Made by a program: the position numbers and the translations under genes. Shown piece after piece: positions 34,201-45,819 of a stretch of 64,000 nucleotides of DNA (positions are counted from its first letter, which is position 1; each line of letters begins with the position of its first letter). The stretch is from Vitrella brassicaformis CCMP3155 (Eukaryota; Protista; Chromerida). The DNA is taken from assembly GCA_001179505.1 (NCBI GenBank), contig CDMY01000027.1, positions 1 to 64,000 of the forward strand. The letters are read 5' to 3'. The notes beneath the pieces were generated by a model. That model was not told the origin of the DNA, did not search any database, and saw only the letters and a program-made list of their open reading frames with translations.

Positions 34201-37162
34201 TCCCTGTCCTTTTGCTATGCTGCAGGGCGGTCCGCAGCGATTTGCTGCAGGAGGGGGAGAAGCAGGCAACTGGATACGGGAGCTTTAGCAGTATCCACGA
34301 GGAGCACGCCGCGACATCTGTCGTCAGAGCCGCACCCAAGAGGAGGGCATCACTGCTGCAATCGTGGTCAGACAAACAACAGAGAGGCTCACAGCCATGG
34401 CACTATGCTCTCATCACTCTACAGGATGGGCCGTCTCTACACTCTCGATATGTCTGCGGCGAGCAGCGAGCCAGAGACCCGCGAGAAGCTCCGCAGCAAA
34501 GTGCACGAGGAGGTGCCCTCCTTGAGTGATTTTGTCAAGCACACGTGGACCAGACGGAGGCAGGCCGCCAAAAAACTCATACCGGCCGAGAGCACCCTCT
34601 TTGACGACGTCCACACCGCCCCCAAAAACTGGTCGATCATGTCGGCAGACGAGCAGGTCAAGTCACCCACTGGCGGTGAGATGCCGGTAGAGCAGCCGAC
34701 GACCACAAGTCAACGCGAAAGTGAAGGATCGAGTCCGCGCAAGAGAGCGCCGGCGTCAGTCCACAGCCGTGGCTTCTCGGGGACTTCAGTGGAGGAAGAG
34801 CGCACCCCGGCCTGGAGTGAGGCGACGCTCAAGCCGCAGGATCTCCGAGATATTCAAGAGATGTTGGGCGAGCGAGGCGAGCGAAGATATTCAGCTGGAG
34901 CCGGACTCCAGGGCGCGTGGATTCGGATGTTCTCATTTGGAGGCGGCAAAAAGCAAGAGGAGGCCAGGGACGTCAGCCTTATCAAGTAGGAAGCGAGAGA
35001 CATGACGTGTTGACGTGTGTGGCTCGACTTGTATATGTCTCGGTCTGTCTGCATCGTCATTGCAGGAGTGGCGTGCTCAAGGAGGCTTTGCGGAAGCGGC
35101 TGTTGTTGGAGCTGCAGAGGCAGCAGGCCGCCGCCGTACTCATTCAACGCTCTTTCAGTGCCATCCTGGAGCGTCAAAGGCAGCAGCAGCAGCAGCAACA
35201 GCGGCAGGCCGCAGCGGAATCGCTCCTCAATCCCACAGTCGTAGGCCTCCCGCAGACTGTCACTTCCCTGGACAACATCGCCGGCCAGCCGCAGGACAAG
35301 TCGCCTGATGGGAGTGCGACGGACAGCGTTGTCACGTCTCCCATCAGCTTAGGGCGCGAGGAGAAGCCGAATGTCATTCCATCCTTCTTTAGCGTTGACG
35401 ACGTCACCAGCCCTGTTTCTCCAAGCAGCCCCCTTGGCGACACCAGCCCCGACGCGACAGGCGTGCCCGCACCGCTACCCACCACTGCGGCCCCCGGTTG
35501 GAGTCAGGGGGTCGACGCCATGGAGCAAGAAGACACGGAGAGCAGCCGACCAGAGCTGCGCCGTGATTCGACAAAGTCAGTAATGATCTCCATCCCGCCC
35601 GCCGATGGCGTCGGCAAGGGCATGCGGCGGCGCAGCATGTCCGCCCAGGCGACTCGTCGAAAGAGCGTGACACAGCTGTGGGTGGATTTAAACGCCGAGG
35701 TTGACCTGATGGTCACCCGAACACTGCGTCGTGTCGGGTATGTGGAGTGGGGCGCTCCAAAGATGTTCCGTGAGGTTTGCCGTCGAGACCACCCCCTCCT
35801 CAAGGTGAAAGGCATACACACAGACGCATGAAAGGAAGCGCGATGGCATTCGCTGTGTGGTTGGCTGCGTGTGGCTTGTCACAGCTCTTCATACTCAACC
35901 CCACGTACTGAGGACGACAGACACTGAGGGAGGCACATAACAAGAGTGGGTCCCATTTTGTCTGATGAGTCAGGTTCACCGCCGTGCAACGGACCCTTTT
36001 CTTTGGGAGTATCAGTCTGGGAATCTTGACGATGTGCGCCGTCTTCTTCGACCAGGGCCGATACAGCCGTCGGCAGGACGACAGCACAGTGCTGATGGCC
36101 TGGCAGTCGGGCGGCGTGCGGTGGCTCCTCACACTCCGACAGATCGCCGTGCTCATCTGGTCGATCCTGCTTTCTAAGCCCATTCCGCTGACGCTGCTCT
36201 TCCTCTTCCGCAAAGCAGTCCCCCACATCATCCCGTCGGCCACTAGAGAGGGTAATGCACCGAGAGAGACACATTGGGGAACTGCACTGTGCATAGTGTA
36301 TGGGTATCGGCGTGCAGAGATAAAGTACGGGGCGATGGTGGGCGGCTTGCGTGCGCAGCAAAAGATGACCGCACAGAAGTTGGCATCGTTGCAAACGAGG
36401 CGCGCCACTGTCACGACCCTTCGACGCATCGCCGACCTGACAGGACGCCATTCTGGTAACGGGATACACAGAGACATCCATCCAACTGAATGCGTGTCTC
36501 TTGTCATGTGTTGTCGGTCAGGTCATTTCTCATTGGAAAGGAAGATCGCCGTGCTGGCCCGCTGGCGGCTTAAGGAACGGATCGGCATCACCATTGGGTT
36601 CCTCTATTGGTTCGCGTGCTGCTCCTTCCTGCTCCTCTTCGCATTCTCGTCGCAGCTGGTGGAGAGCGGCCTCGAGGGCCAGCCATCCTATCTGATCTAT
36701 CAGGACTTTGTGATGGTGTGCTCGGTCGAATTCCTAAACAGCTTTATCCTCCAGGTAGGTCTCTTTCAGCCTTGGAGATACTGCAGCCGATACTCGTTCA
36801 TCTGCTTTTTTGAAATGTTGCAGCCGATAATCTTCTTCTGCCTGCTGTCTCTCCTGCTGATGGCCGTGCTGCGGGTGGCGTCCTTCGACTGGGTCGTCTG
36901 GAGCTTTCCCCACTGGTTTGACTTCACCTTCTCGGTCAGTCGGGCAGCTTATCTGATCTGATCGGCACACGGGCCATCACGTGGTTATGAATGTTTGTGT
37001 CTCTGCCTACGTCTATCCATGCAGGGTGCCCAGTCGCTGCACGAGCTGACGGTTCAATTGCAGGCCATCAGCGATACACACGAACTCACACGTGGCCTCG
37101 TCGGCTTCGCCGGCTTGAATGTCGACTCGGTTGGCATGGTCCAGGACGTCTTCTCTTTCTAA
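28217..37162 (+). CDS. Polycystin-1 (PKD1)-like / adhesion-type GAIN-GPS receptor with C-type lectin, Ig-like, PAN/apple and Cys-rich ectodomains
   Basis: Signal peptide MLLTACLVIGGILLRPCQG; C-type lectin-like exons (YYY..SFDNAQSSC..FWAAF..WEW..W..RQP); two Ig-like segments (VTLTFSDDIS, ITDYSGN); two PAN/apple modules; ICGD..ETCDDGN..GDGCSETCQTEPGWTC; a Thr/Pro stalk; GPS motif CGFWN..WDTQGCQV..CCECTHLTEF; then TM1, FTAVQR, SILLSKPIPLTLLFLFRK and further TMs. Stop at 37160-37162. Confidence 0.85.
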
Positions 37163-37518
37163 ACAACCAAATGCAGACAGGCAAGCATACAGACACGCAC
37201 TTTGCTTTCAGAAGACGATCGTGAGTAGGGCGTTTCTTAGTCGATTGGTGCTTGGCAGTCGGATTGTTCGTAGAGGGGTTTCGATCCTTTAGGCCTGTGT
37301 GGGCCTCTTTATTTTTGATGTCCCATTGGGGGATTGCGGCGTTGGACTGTGGGTTTGAGGGAAATTAGGCCTGAGTGGCCCCAGGCTTCGTGTATTTTTT
37401 GTGTCTCGTGGCCGTGTTCGCTAGCAATAAGGGACTGCAGAACTGTTACAGAAGGAATTGCTCCCAAAGTGGTCAAATGAAGTCATGTAGGAGCCCATGA
37501 GTGTACAGCATCATTTAT

Positions 37519-38875
37519 TCACATCCCCTGCCCATTCCGTCTTCGATGATTGAGGTTGTTCTCCCTTGGCGACACCCAACGAAGATTCGCACTCCGATTA
37601 TCGCCGGGGTCGCCATTAATGTGGTCGACTTGAATGTAGCGAGGATCATCTATCCCTTCGTTCTGCAGCCTCTGCCGCAGGGTCTCCTTCGCCTTTGGAT
37701 GAAAGACTTCAGCAACCAGTCGATGCACAAGATAGTCCCGTGGGCGCAGCTTGACAATCCTGTATCCGTCAGGACGATGGCAACCCAGAGTTTTCCTCCC
37801 GCTTTTGAATCGCAATGGGTTCTCGCTGAGTGCACGTATCTCTCGGTCGGTTTTTTGCCCCGTTGAGAGTTTCCTCGGTCACGGGGCGCCATTTCTCCCC
37901 TTCCAAGTCGGGCCGTGCTCTCTTTGAAATACATAGTGTACCGCAAAGCTGCGCATCTTTGATGGCTTTTCGGATACCATCCGCGCTCATGCAGATCTTC
38001 TCAGCCGCTTCTCTCATTGACGGATACTCTCGGACTTCACCGGTGTTCCCACAAGTGGCAACGACTGAAACAGCACACGTAAGACCGCCGCATCTTCGGC
38101 TTCCGCTCTGATGGCTTCTCTTGACATTTTCGCCCTGTGATATCCATTCGAGATTATCCATATGGTTGTTCGTCTTGTTGGCATCAATGTGGTGGACGAC
38201 TGGGTTTTTTCCCGGATTCGCGTCGAAAAATGCCTGCTTCTCTTCAGGCCTCCAGACTTCAGCAACCAACCGGTGGGCATGCTGCGCCTTCCCCCTGCCC
38301 GCTGTCACCTTAAGATACTTTCCCCTGCCCGCTGTCACCTTAAGATAGCCATATGCTGTCTTCTGTCCGAATGTCCTGTAGCCACTTGGGTACTCGAACT
38401 CACCATGTTTGGACACGTTCAGACAGGCAAACGGAGATTCTTCCAGTCCCTTGATGTCTCCAACTTTTCGCCAATCATCATCATTCTGTGTCGTTGCCGA
38501 GTCACGCTCAGCACCAAGGTACGTGAGACGAAAGCAGCCAAAGAGCAGCTGCTGTGTGGCAAGGATGCGCCCGACGTTTCCCAAAGAGACGCCAGTAAGA
38601 TGAGCAAGATGTCCAGCAGAGCGGACGAATATGGCTGCCCCTGTCCGGGTGTCCTCGACCCTCAGCCACTTGGCCCAAGTCGCTCGACAGTTGCTCCTTC
38701 CCGTCCAGCGCTGCTGCCCTGCTCTGAAAAGAGCCTCCAGCTTCTTTTGCTTCTCGAGCCACTCAGCAGCGGGGACGCGATATGAACGACACTGCGTTGA
38801 TGAGGAACCGCGGGGTGCGAACACATCAGTGAGAGCCGCGGCAGCCCGGAGATGGGTAGATGGCGACTTGGGCAT
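37519..38875 (-). CDS. Intronless double HNH (HNH_3/NUMOD4-type, with NUMOD1-like HTH) endonuclease, split by a +1 frameshift at an A6 run (plus-strand T6 37851-37856)
   Basis: Module 1: WRKV..VSKHG..GYLKV..HRLVAEVW..HHIDANKTNNHMDNLEWISQGEN. HTH: REYPSMREAAEKICMSADGIRKAI. Module 2: EKWRPV / RFKSG..DGYRIV..VHRLVAEVF..DHINGDPGDNRSANLRWVSPREN. Confidence 0.85.
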
Positions 38876-39363
38876 CCACCTATCGGAAAGAGCGATGAGA
38901 CGGCTGCCCCCTAGAACGATTCACGACCCCCCAAAAGCACCAGCTGGGGGAGTGCTCTAGGCTAGTTCTTCTCCGCCCGTGCGCGAATCGCATATGGCGG
39001 ATGGCGTAACGGACTTCATGAAAATGCCCTCCTGGAAAGCGGAAACTTCGTGTGCTGATACTGAGCTACATGACGGCTCACCGAGATGTCTTTTCGGAAG
39101 GAGAAAAGCTCGTGCATGCTGTCAGAATAGGGGGGAGAGAGTCGGGGAGAATGGTGAAGAGAGGATCTGCCGGGCGGTCAGTCCCGGATAAAGGATTAAG
39201 TCAATGCAACGTAAGGTCTGTGGTTTTTGTGGAGAGTCCACGTAGGACATGTAGTATGCGTCAGTCCATCCTGTCTGACGTCCTGTCCGCCATGGCCTGT
39301 CTCATGGAACGGACAGACTCAACAGCCGTCCTGTCTCACAGATCAGTGGATCGTCGGTCTATG

Positions 39364-39426
39364 AACCCTAGACCCTAAACCCTGGACCGACTTGCACTTC
39401 TGACACCCCCTCTCAAGTCGGTGCAG
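39364..39426. other. Three telomere-like repeats followed directly by a hairpin
   Basis: AACCCT AGACCCT AAACCCT at 39364-39383; CTG-g-ACCGACTTG (39382-39394) pairs with CAAGTCGGT-g-CAG (39414-39426). Confidence 0.7.
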
Positions 39427-39728
39427 AGTTAGGACATGAATCTCCATAAAACTATAACTGAAACTCCGCGCGTGAGGTCTTCGCCACCTTGAGATCTGCA
39501 CATAGGAGCCCTTCGCAAGAAGAAAGATCAGAAAGAAACGCGTCCAAGGCCATCAGAGGGGCGCAAGGACAAGAGAAGCATAGTGAAGCCGCAGATCCAG
39601 ATAGCGGACATCACCATCGGAGAGAAGCGAAGGAGTGCTCCAGTGCAACCTCAAGCAAGTGGCTAAAACCACACAAGCGAGATAAACACTTCATAACAAG
39701 TTCTGCCTGCCTGTTATCCTCTGACTCA

Positions 39729-40028
39729 NNNNNNNNNNNNNNNNNNNNNNNNNNNNNNNNNNNNNNNNNNNNNNNNNNNNNNNNNNNNNNNNNNNNNNNN
39801 NNNNNNNNNNNNNNNNNNNNNNNNNNNNNNNNNNNNNNNNNNNNNNNNNNNNNNNNNNNNNNNNNNNNNNNNNNNNNNNNNNNNNNNNNNNNNNNNNNNN
39901 NNNNNNNNNNNNNNNNNNNNNNNNNNNNNNNNNNNNNNNNNNNNNNNNNNNNNNNNNNNNNNNNNNNNNNNNNNNNNNNNNNNNNNNNNNNNNNNNNNNN
40001 NNNNNNNNNNNNNNNNNNNNNNNNNNNN
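39729..40028. other. Assembly gap (300 N)
   Basis: N run seen directly. Confidence 0.99.
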
Positions 40029-40685
40029 GTGCATCAGGTGTGCCGTCACACGCGAGCACACACACACACACATCCATAAACACAGCACCCTCCCTCACTC
40101 TCCTTGTCTCCCTGGATGGTCAGTCAGGCGATCGATCTCTGCCTGGTCGAGAAGACAGGATTTGTCGCCCGGACGACCACCATACGTCTAAGCAAAAGAC
40201 AATGCCAGTAGGCAGGCCTTAAGAAGGCTTTCATCCATCCCGTGCGTGTGGTGCTTTGTGCGTGCCTGTCTGCTGCAGGTAATAAATCCAGCCTTGCCCC
40301 TCCTCTCCTACCATTACATAAGAATCAGGCGACTTCGGTCGTAACTTCCAGGAGATAAGAACACCGTCAAGGAGCTGCGCACTCTATAAGAACACCCTCA
40401 AGTGGCTGCGCACTCCCAAGTTAAGAAGGCTTATGGTAAACGGCCCCACTCGCTTGTCCGATGGCAAAGAATGGCAAAGCCAGGTAAACAAGGGCAAACA
40501 GAGAGGCATCGTAGCTTCCACATGACGACCATCTGGCTGTGTGCGTCGCTGATGTCGCTTGTATGAGATCTCTACGTGCATCAGGTGTGCCGTCACCAAC
40601 GACGGTGAAAAAGCCGTGGCCTCAGTGGTCAGGGTCGTTAGCGCGAATCGACATCAGGTAAGGTACCATGTGTATACACACGACA

Positions 40686-40722
<37 letters not shown>

Positions 40723-41360
40723 CTCCCACACAACAACGCCTCTCTCTTCTGTGTCTGCAAAGTTCGGAGCCGCCATCGACACAAACGACAAAGACACGAC
40801 CAGGAAACCGTCCAATGATGGGCTGGTGTCGTCACGACTCTGGGCAAGCTCCTGAAGAGCGTGGGCCAATGGGCTATCGTGCCAATAGGCTCGACATCAA
40901 GAAGGCACAGTCTTCTCACCGGTCATTTTTCGACGATTTAGCGGTAAATCACTTGTTTGTTGATCTGCGCTGTTTGTCTGCCCCCCTCGTGGTCCGCCCT
41001 TTCCCCCCACTTCATGATTTGTGCTGTGCGTCTTGTCCTTACCTGTGTACCTGTTAGTGTTCCTACCTATCATGACACATCCGCGGACAGACACACACAC
41101 AGCTCTACAAAAGGGAGAAGGACATGCATGCAATTGTATGTGTTCTTTAATTCATTGCATGGATAGTGTGATCGACGTGTTTTTTGGACACATCCGCATT
41201 CTCCGTCGAACGCGCAAATCGGCCCATCCACTGGGGGGGTCGTGCACCGCGCTCAGCTTGCCTGGGCGCCTTCCTTGTTATCACGGAATGTGCGAGCCTG
41301 TCTGAGCAGATCTGGGGATGGGATCGTCCACGGCGAGGCAGTTCACCTCGGGCTTGCTGA

Positions 41361-43037
41361 ATGCGCCGATGGATCACCAAGATCTGGCCTTATTGTGCAT
41401 CTTCGCGTGCCAGGCGACTGAGTGGCCATGCATCTGCTCTGCCGCAGGACGGCAACTACCGCGATGTTGCTGCTGCAGATGACGAGTGGGAAGGATGTGT
41501 TGCTGTGGCGTTTGGTGCGCTGCGGGATGAGCTGAATGAGAGAATCGTACGGTCTGCACTGAAGATGGAGGAGGTGCGGACTGTGGAAGACCTTGAAGGC
41601 CTCCTGAAGCTCGTCAGGTACACGACAATGCCAACAGTGTCCACTTTTGGGCGATCAATCCGTGGGGGATGTGTCAGGTATTCCACTAGCTTCGATGATT
41701 GCTATGGGTCGGGCACCCGCCATCTATCGACGTTCCCTCTGTTCTTGACAGTCGGCCGAATCGCACTCTCACTGCAACGGAGAACGTCTTCTGCTCGCGT
41801 CGACTCGTCTGTGCCCAGTGAGGGCTCCCGCCGTCTTGCCAAGCTGAGCGCCCAGCACGGCGCACCGAGAGAGATCGGCATCGGTGTTGGCAAGGAGTGC
41901 CCTCGAGTGCTGTTCGAGTCACGGCATATCATCGTCATGAGCAAGCCATCCTACTGGGTCGTCAATCCTGAGAAGGACGCTACATGTAATGGGGGAAACC
42001 GGAGAAGGAGGGAGCTGTCACTTGAGCGGCTGGTGCGGTCGGTGCATCCTGCTCCCTACCACGAGTTGATCCGTCAGCTGTGGGGAGTTGAGTCGGAGGT
42101 CAACCGTGATCCCCTCCGCTCCTATGGGCTGTGCAGCAGACTGGACCTGGAAACAAGCGGGTGGGTCAGCAAGGGAGAGGGGATGAGCGTGGGTGAATAA
42201 AGAAGTGTCTGTCTGTCTCTGTGTTTGGGGGACTGAATGGGATGGGCCAGGTTGCTTCCCATTGCGCGGTCTGACGTGGCCTATACGTGGCTTCGGCTGC
42301 AGTGGGATGCACGGATACCCGAGAAGGTGAGAAAGAGAGCAATACCAAAAACGACCGAAGCAACCCAACACGTTTGTCCCGTCACCGCCCTTCTCCTGCA
42401 TCCTTCTTCTCCTCAGTACTACGTCTGTCTGGTGCACGGTCACGTCCCTGAGGGCCTCCACACCTGCAGCCGCCCCATCAAGGCCACCCGCTTCACCCAC
42501 AACAGCCGCGAGTACAAGATCAGCACTGTCGACACCACGGCAGGGTCGCCCGCCCTCACCTACTGGCAGCCGCTCGCATATTTCCGGCGTTACGACATGG
42601 CGCTGACCCTCCTCTATGTCCGCATTGTGACCGGCCGGACACACCAGATACGGCTGCACTGCTCGGAACAGGGCTTCCCTCTCGTGGGCGATCGGAAGTA
42701 CTGTGGGAAGGGGAGGCTCGCATCGTCTGCTGCTGACGACAAGACCTGGTCCACGAGGATCTTCCTGCACGCCGCGAGGCTGTCCTTTTACGACTTGCCA
42801 TCTGATCGCTTCGTTGCTGATGGCGATGTGCGGTCGCTGGGCCCCCCCCTTTCGGTCAGCTGTCCATTATCTGGTGATTTGCGTCGTGTACTGGTGCATA
42901 AGCTGACGCCGGTGTGTCTGCCGAAAGATGACCAACTTGTAGTGGGTGAAACGGCTGTGAGCGTGCAGACGTGCATGCGTGATTTGGGGCTGGCGAAGCT
43001 GTATGATGCCTTGGCTTCCGAGAGAAGGGGCCTGTGA
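41361..43037 (+). CDS. RluA-family pseudouridine synthase (start uncertain)
   Basis: VLFESRHIIVMSKPSYWVV; CSRLDLETSG|LLPIARS (catalytic Asp motif); K|YYVCLVHG; VRIVTGRTHQIRLHCSEQGFPLVGDRKY; RIFLHAARLSF. Introns 42161-42250 and 42327-42416 are phase-consistent. Confidence 0.87.
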
Positions 43038-43602
43038 GGTGGGGGAGTTTTGTACAGCTTCTCTGTCTTTGTTTGTGTTCAGACGGCGGCGTTTGTGCGC
43101 GAGAATGGTACTGTAACGCAGTGAGTGAGGGATTCGGTGGCGGGGGGGGTGGGGGACGGTTGACAGGCGGACAGACGAATGTGTGTAGATGGCGTGAACG
43201 TAAGTATGTATGTGCAGGTATAGCTCGATGCCTGACTGCATGTGTGCGTGCCCAGATGGGTTAAGAGACACTTCATGAGTCCGCGACACCTCATACACGC
43301 GTCCACTTATCATTCAAGCACAAATAGTGGTCTCAAAGCTTAGTATCAGCCATGCTGAAAGACATGGAGAAGAACACCTCACTGCTCCACGGACATGCGC
43401 ACACGTGTCGTATCGATCAGCTGTACCAACCGTTTGATAGGGGTGGCGGGCAGAAGGTGGGGCAGAAAGTCAATGGGCATTCTTTGAGGGAAAATGCCAC
43501 ACTGAACCAACACCGTCATCCATCCAGGCCACAAATCACATCCATGCGCAGCCTAATATATATTGCACCTTGCAGGAGGGATAAATGCCGCAGCAATAGT
43601 CA

Positions 43603-45384
43603 TCAGAACGCTGGTCCGGGGTGCCAAAGGCCCTGATCCACACTGCACGGACAGACGCAGAGACACAGCAAACAAACACACACATACCGGTCCGTGCAGA
43701 GACACACCCGAAGAAAGACACGGACATGTTGTTGCATTCAATCTTTGGGGCTGTTTGTCTGTGTCTTGACACGTACGTGCGTACCGGTATGTTGCCTCCA
43801 TTCCGTACTCGTCCAGATAAGTCCCCTCCCCGTGCTGCAAATCATTCTCCCACTCACCGTCATAGAAGCGCTGCCGACCGAGCTTCCTTATGACGGCAGG
43901 TGACCCTCTGAACTTGCCGGCAGGTCCTTCACCGACTCTACCGCTGCTGTACATGAACTTGCCCCTCCCGTGGCGTAGGCCATTCCGAAATTGGCCTTCG
44001 TAGAAACCCTCCCCTGAAAGACAGAGGGACAGACAGACAAGACAGGGGAGTGTTTTAGGTCGCATGATTTCGAGTTGAGTTCTTGTGCGTGTACTCATTG
44101 AGAGTTGTCCTTGCCCATCAGGGAGGTCGTCTTTCCATTCTCCTCTGTACACCAGCTCGTCGCCCTTCACCAACTTACCTTGCCCACAAAAAACATATAG
44201 GTAGGTAGGTAGGTATGTGTGTATGGAAGAGTATGTATCCCAGCTACTTCAAGGTGAGCGAGTACCTGAGGGCCCATCGCGCTTGCCGTCGAGCAGCGGT
44301 CCGGTGTAGGCGTATCCGTCACCGCAGTCCAGCTTCTCGACATGCGCCACCCCCGGCGCGGCAGCAGCATTTTCTGTCCCCCTGTACCTCTCCATGATGG
44401 CTGTGATTTGCGGCATCCTCGCCGCTTTCTCCATGGGCGTCCATCCCTGTTAATTTTGTGGTACCAGGCCGTTCAGCCATTGATGCACAGTGTGCACATC
44501 TGTGTGGGATTACGCTGTTGTTTTTGACGTCAAGCAGCGATGAGCCGCCCAACTCCAGCCTGAGTCAGAAGAGGAGCCCAAGAAGGAGTGACCATGAGAA
44601 TGAATGTATTCGTCTGTGTCTCTCACAGCTGCGCCACAGTCTTGGAGTGGCGCTTTGATGTGGCATAGTGCAGTGGCGTGTCGCCAGTCTGTGTTTTCAA
44701 TGCGCAGCAAGAGACAATCCAGCTGTGAGGAATATTCATTCTGGGTGTCGCTCACCTTGCTCCTCTGTGTGAGCATCTCTTGTCCCCCTTTGACATAAAT
44801 AGCCTTCAGCACATCGACATGGCCCCAATCGGCGGCCCAGTGCATCACCGTCCGTCCGTCCTGCATTTCGTTCCGCATCACCACATAGCTGCACGCAGAG
44901 ATAGACTGTTTCGTTCCGCTGGTACTTACCGAGCCTGTTTGCTGCAGAATTGCCGGCCCATATCGGTCGATCATGACCGACATCATCTCAACATGGCCGT
45001 CACGCGCAGCCTCCAGAAAGGGGGTCACCTGCAGGTGAGAATTCACACACGCCAGGTTGAGTCAGACATACAGCCTCAAAATCTGCGCCTTGAAGTTGAC
45101 ACACACACGTCGATTTGCACACCCCGTATTCCCCATGTCGACTGTCGAGTATCTCTTTGCCATCCCTGTCGATTAGTGCTGCCACCGACTGCACGTCGAC
45201 GGCCCGAACTGCCTCCCAGATGCCATCCTGCACACAGCCATCACGTGGACGGTCACATCCGGGGCACATCTGGGGCATGCATTTGCTCATGTGTAGTACG
45301 TGCTTGATCTGTGACGAAGGGGCAGCCATAAGGATAACGATTGGCAATATCTTCAAGGGATGGGGGCCTCCGGGGGCCTCCTAG
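43603..45384 (-). CDS. Ankyrin-repeat + MORN-repeat protein (both ends approximate)
   Basis: Ankyrin exons TPFLEAARDGHVEMM, GRTVMHWAADWGHVDVL, GDTPLHYATSKRHSKTV and GWTPMEKA, then MORN repeats YTGPLLDGKRDG, YRGEWKDDLPDGQG, YEGQFRNGLRHGRG and YDGEWENDLQHGEG. Confidence 0.78.
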
Positions 45385-45819
45385 TCTGCATGTAAATGGA
45401 AGAAGGGGCTTGTAGAGGTGTAGAGTCTTGTACAGCTGGGTGTGTGTGTGTGTGTGTGTGTGTGAGCATAGAGGGGATCTGCCGTGAATGGATGGGTCAA
45501 TTGATATAAAAAGTCGTTTAAGCACCCTAAATGAAAGGAGTGTGTGCACCTCTCTGTCCATCCCTCAATGCGCCACCCAGCCAGCCATCCTAAAAACAAC
45601 ATGTAGTGGAATCGGCCCATCCACCACCACGACACAAAACTCAGACAGGCAGGCCGACAGGCAGGCAGGCAGACAGACCGGCCGGAAAAAGAAAACGGTG
45701 GCCGTCTCTCTCCCTCCCACGGAAAAATAGCAGCGTACTGGCGGGTGTGTTCGTCCATGAATACATATGTATGGATTCCATTCATTCCCATCTGCCCCGC
45801 CAGATTCGATGTCTATCAG

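Larger units (their letters stand above)
37221..39728 (-). mobile_element. Putative inserted element carrying the HNH cassette (boundaries uncertain; right end runs into the gap)
   Basis: The 2.5-kb segment has no introns and none of the host's microsatellite tracts, carries a homing-endonuclease-type ORF, and has a motif cluster, telomere-like repeats and a hairpin upstream. No TIR or TSD identified. Confidence 0.45.

Noticed and set aside
37225-37295. tRNA or tRNA-derived SINE (A-box-like TAGTCGATTGG and GGTTTCGATCC)
   Set aside because: The B-box is imperfect, and I could not form an acceptor stem or a cloverleaf.
38930-38966. Helitron 3' end (weak hairpin plus CTAG|T)
   Set aside because: The stem is only about 5 bp, there is no matching 5' TC end or Rep/helicase, and the orientation is opposite to the ORF.
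37519-39430. IscB/HEARO or Cas9-like RNA-guided nuclease (HNH plus a hairpin ending AAGTCGGTGC)
   Set aside because: No RuvC motifs, bridge helix or PLMP segment; the HNH cores are homing-endonuclease type. The resemblance to a tracrRNA tail is only a few bases.
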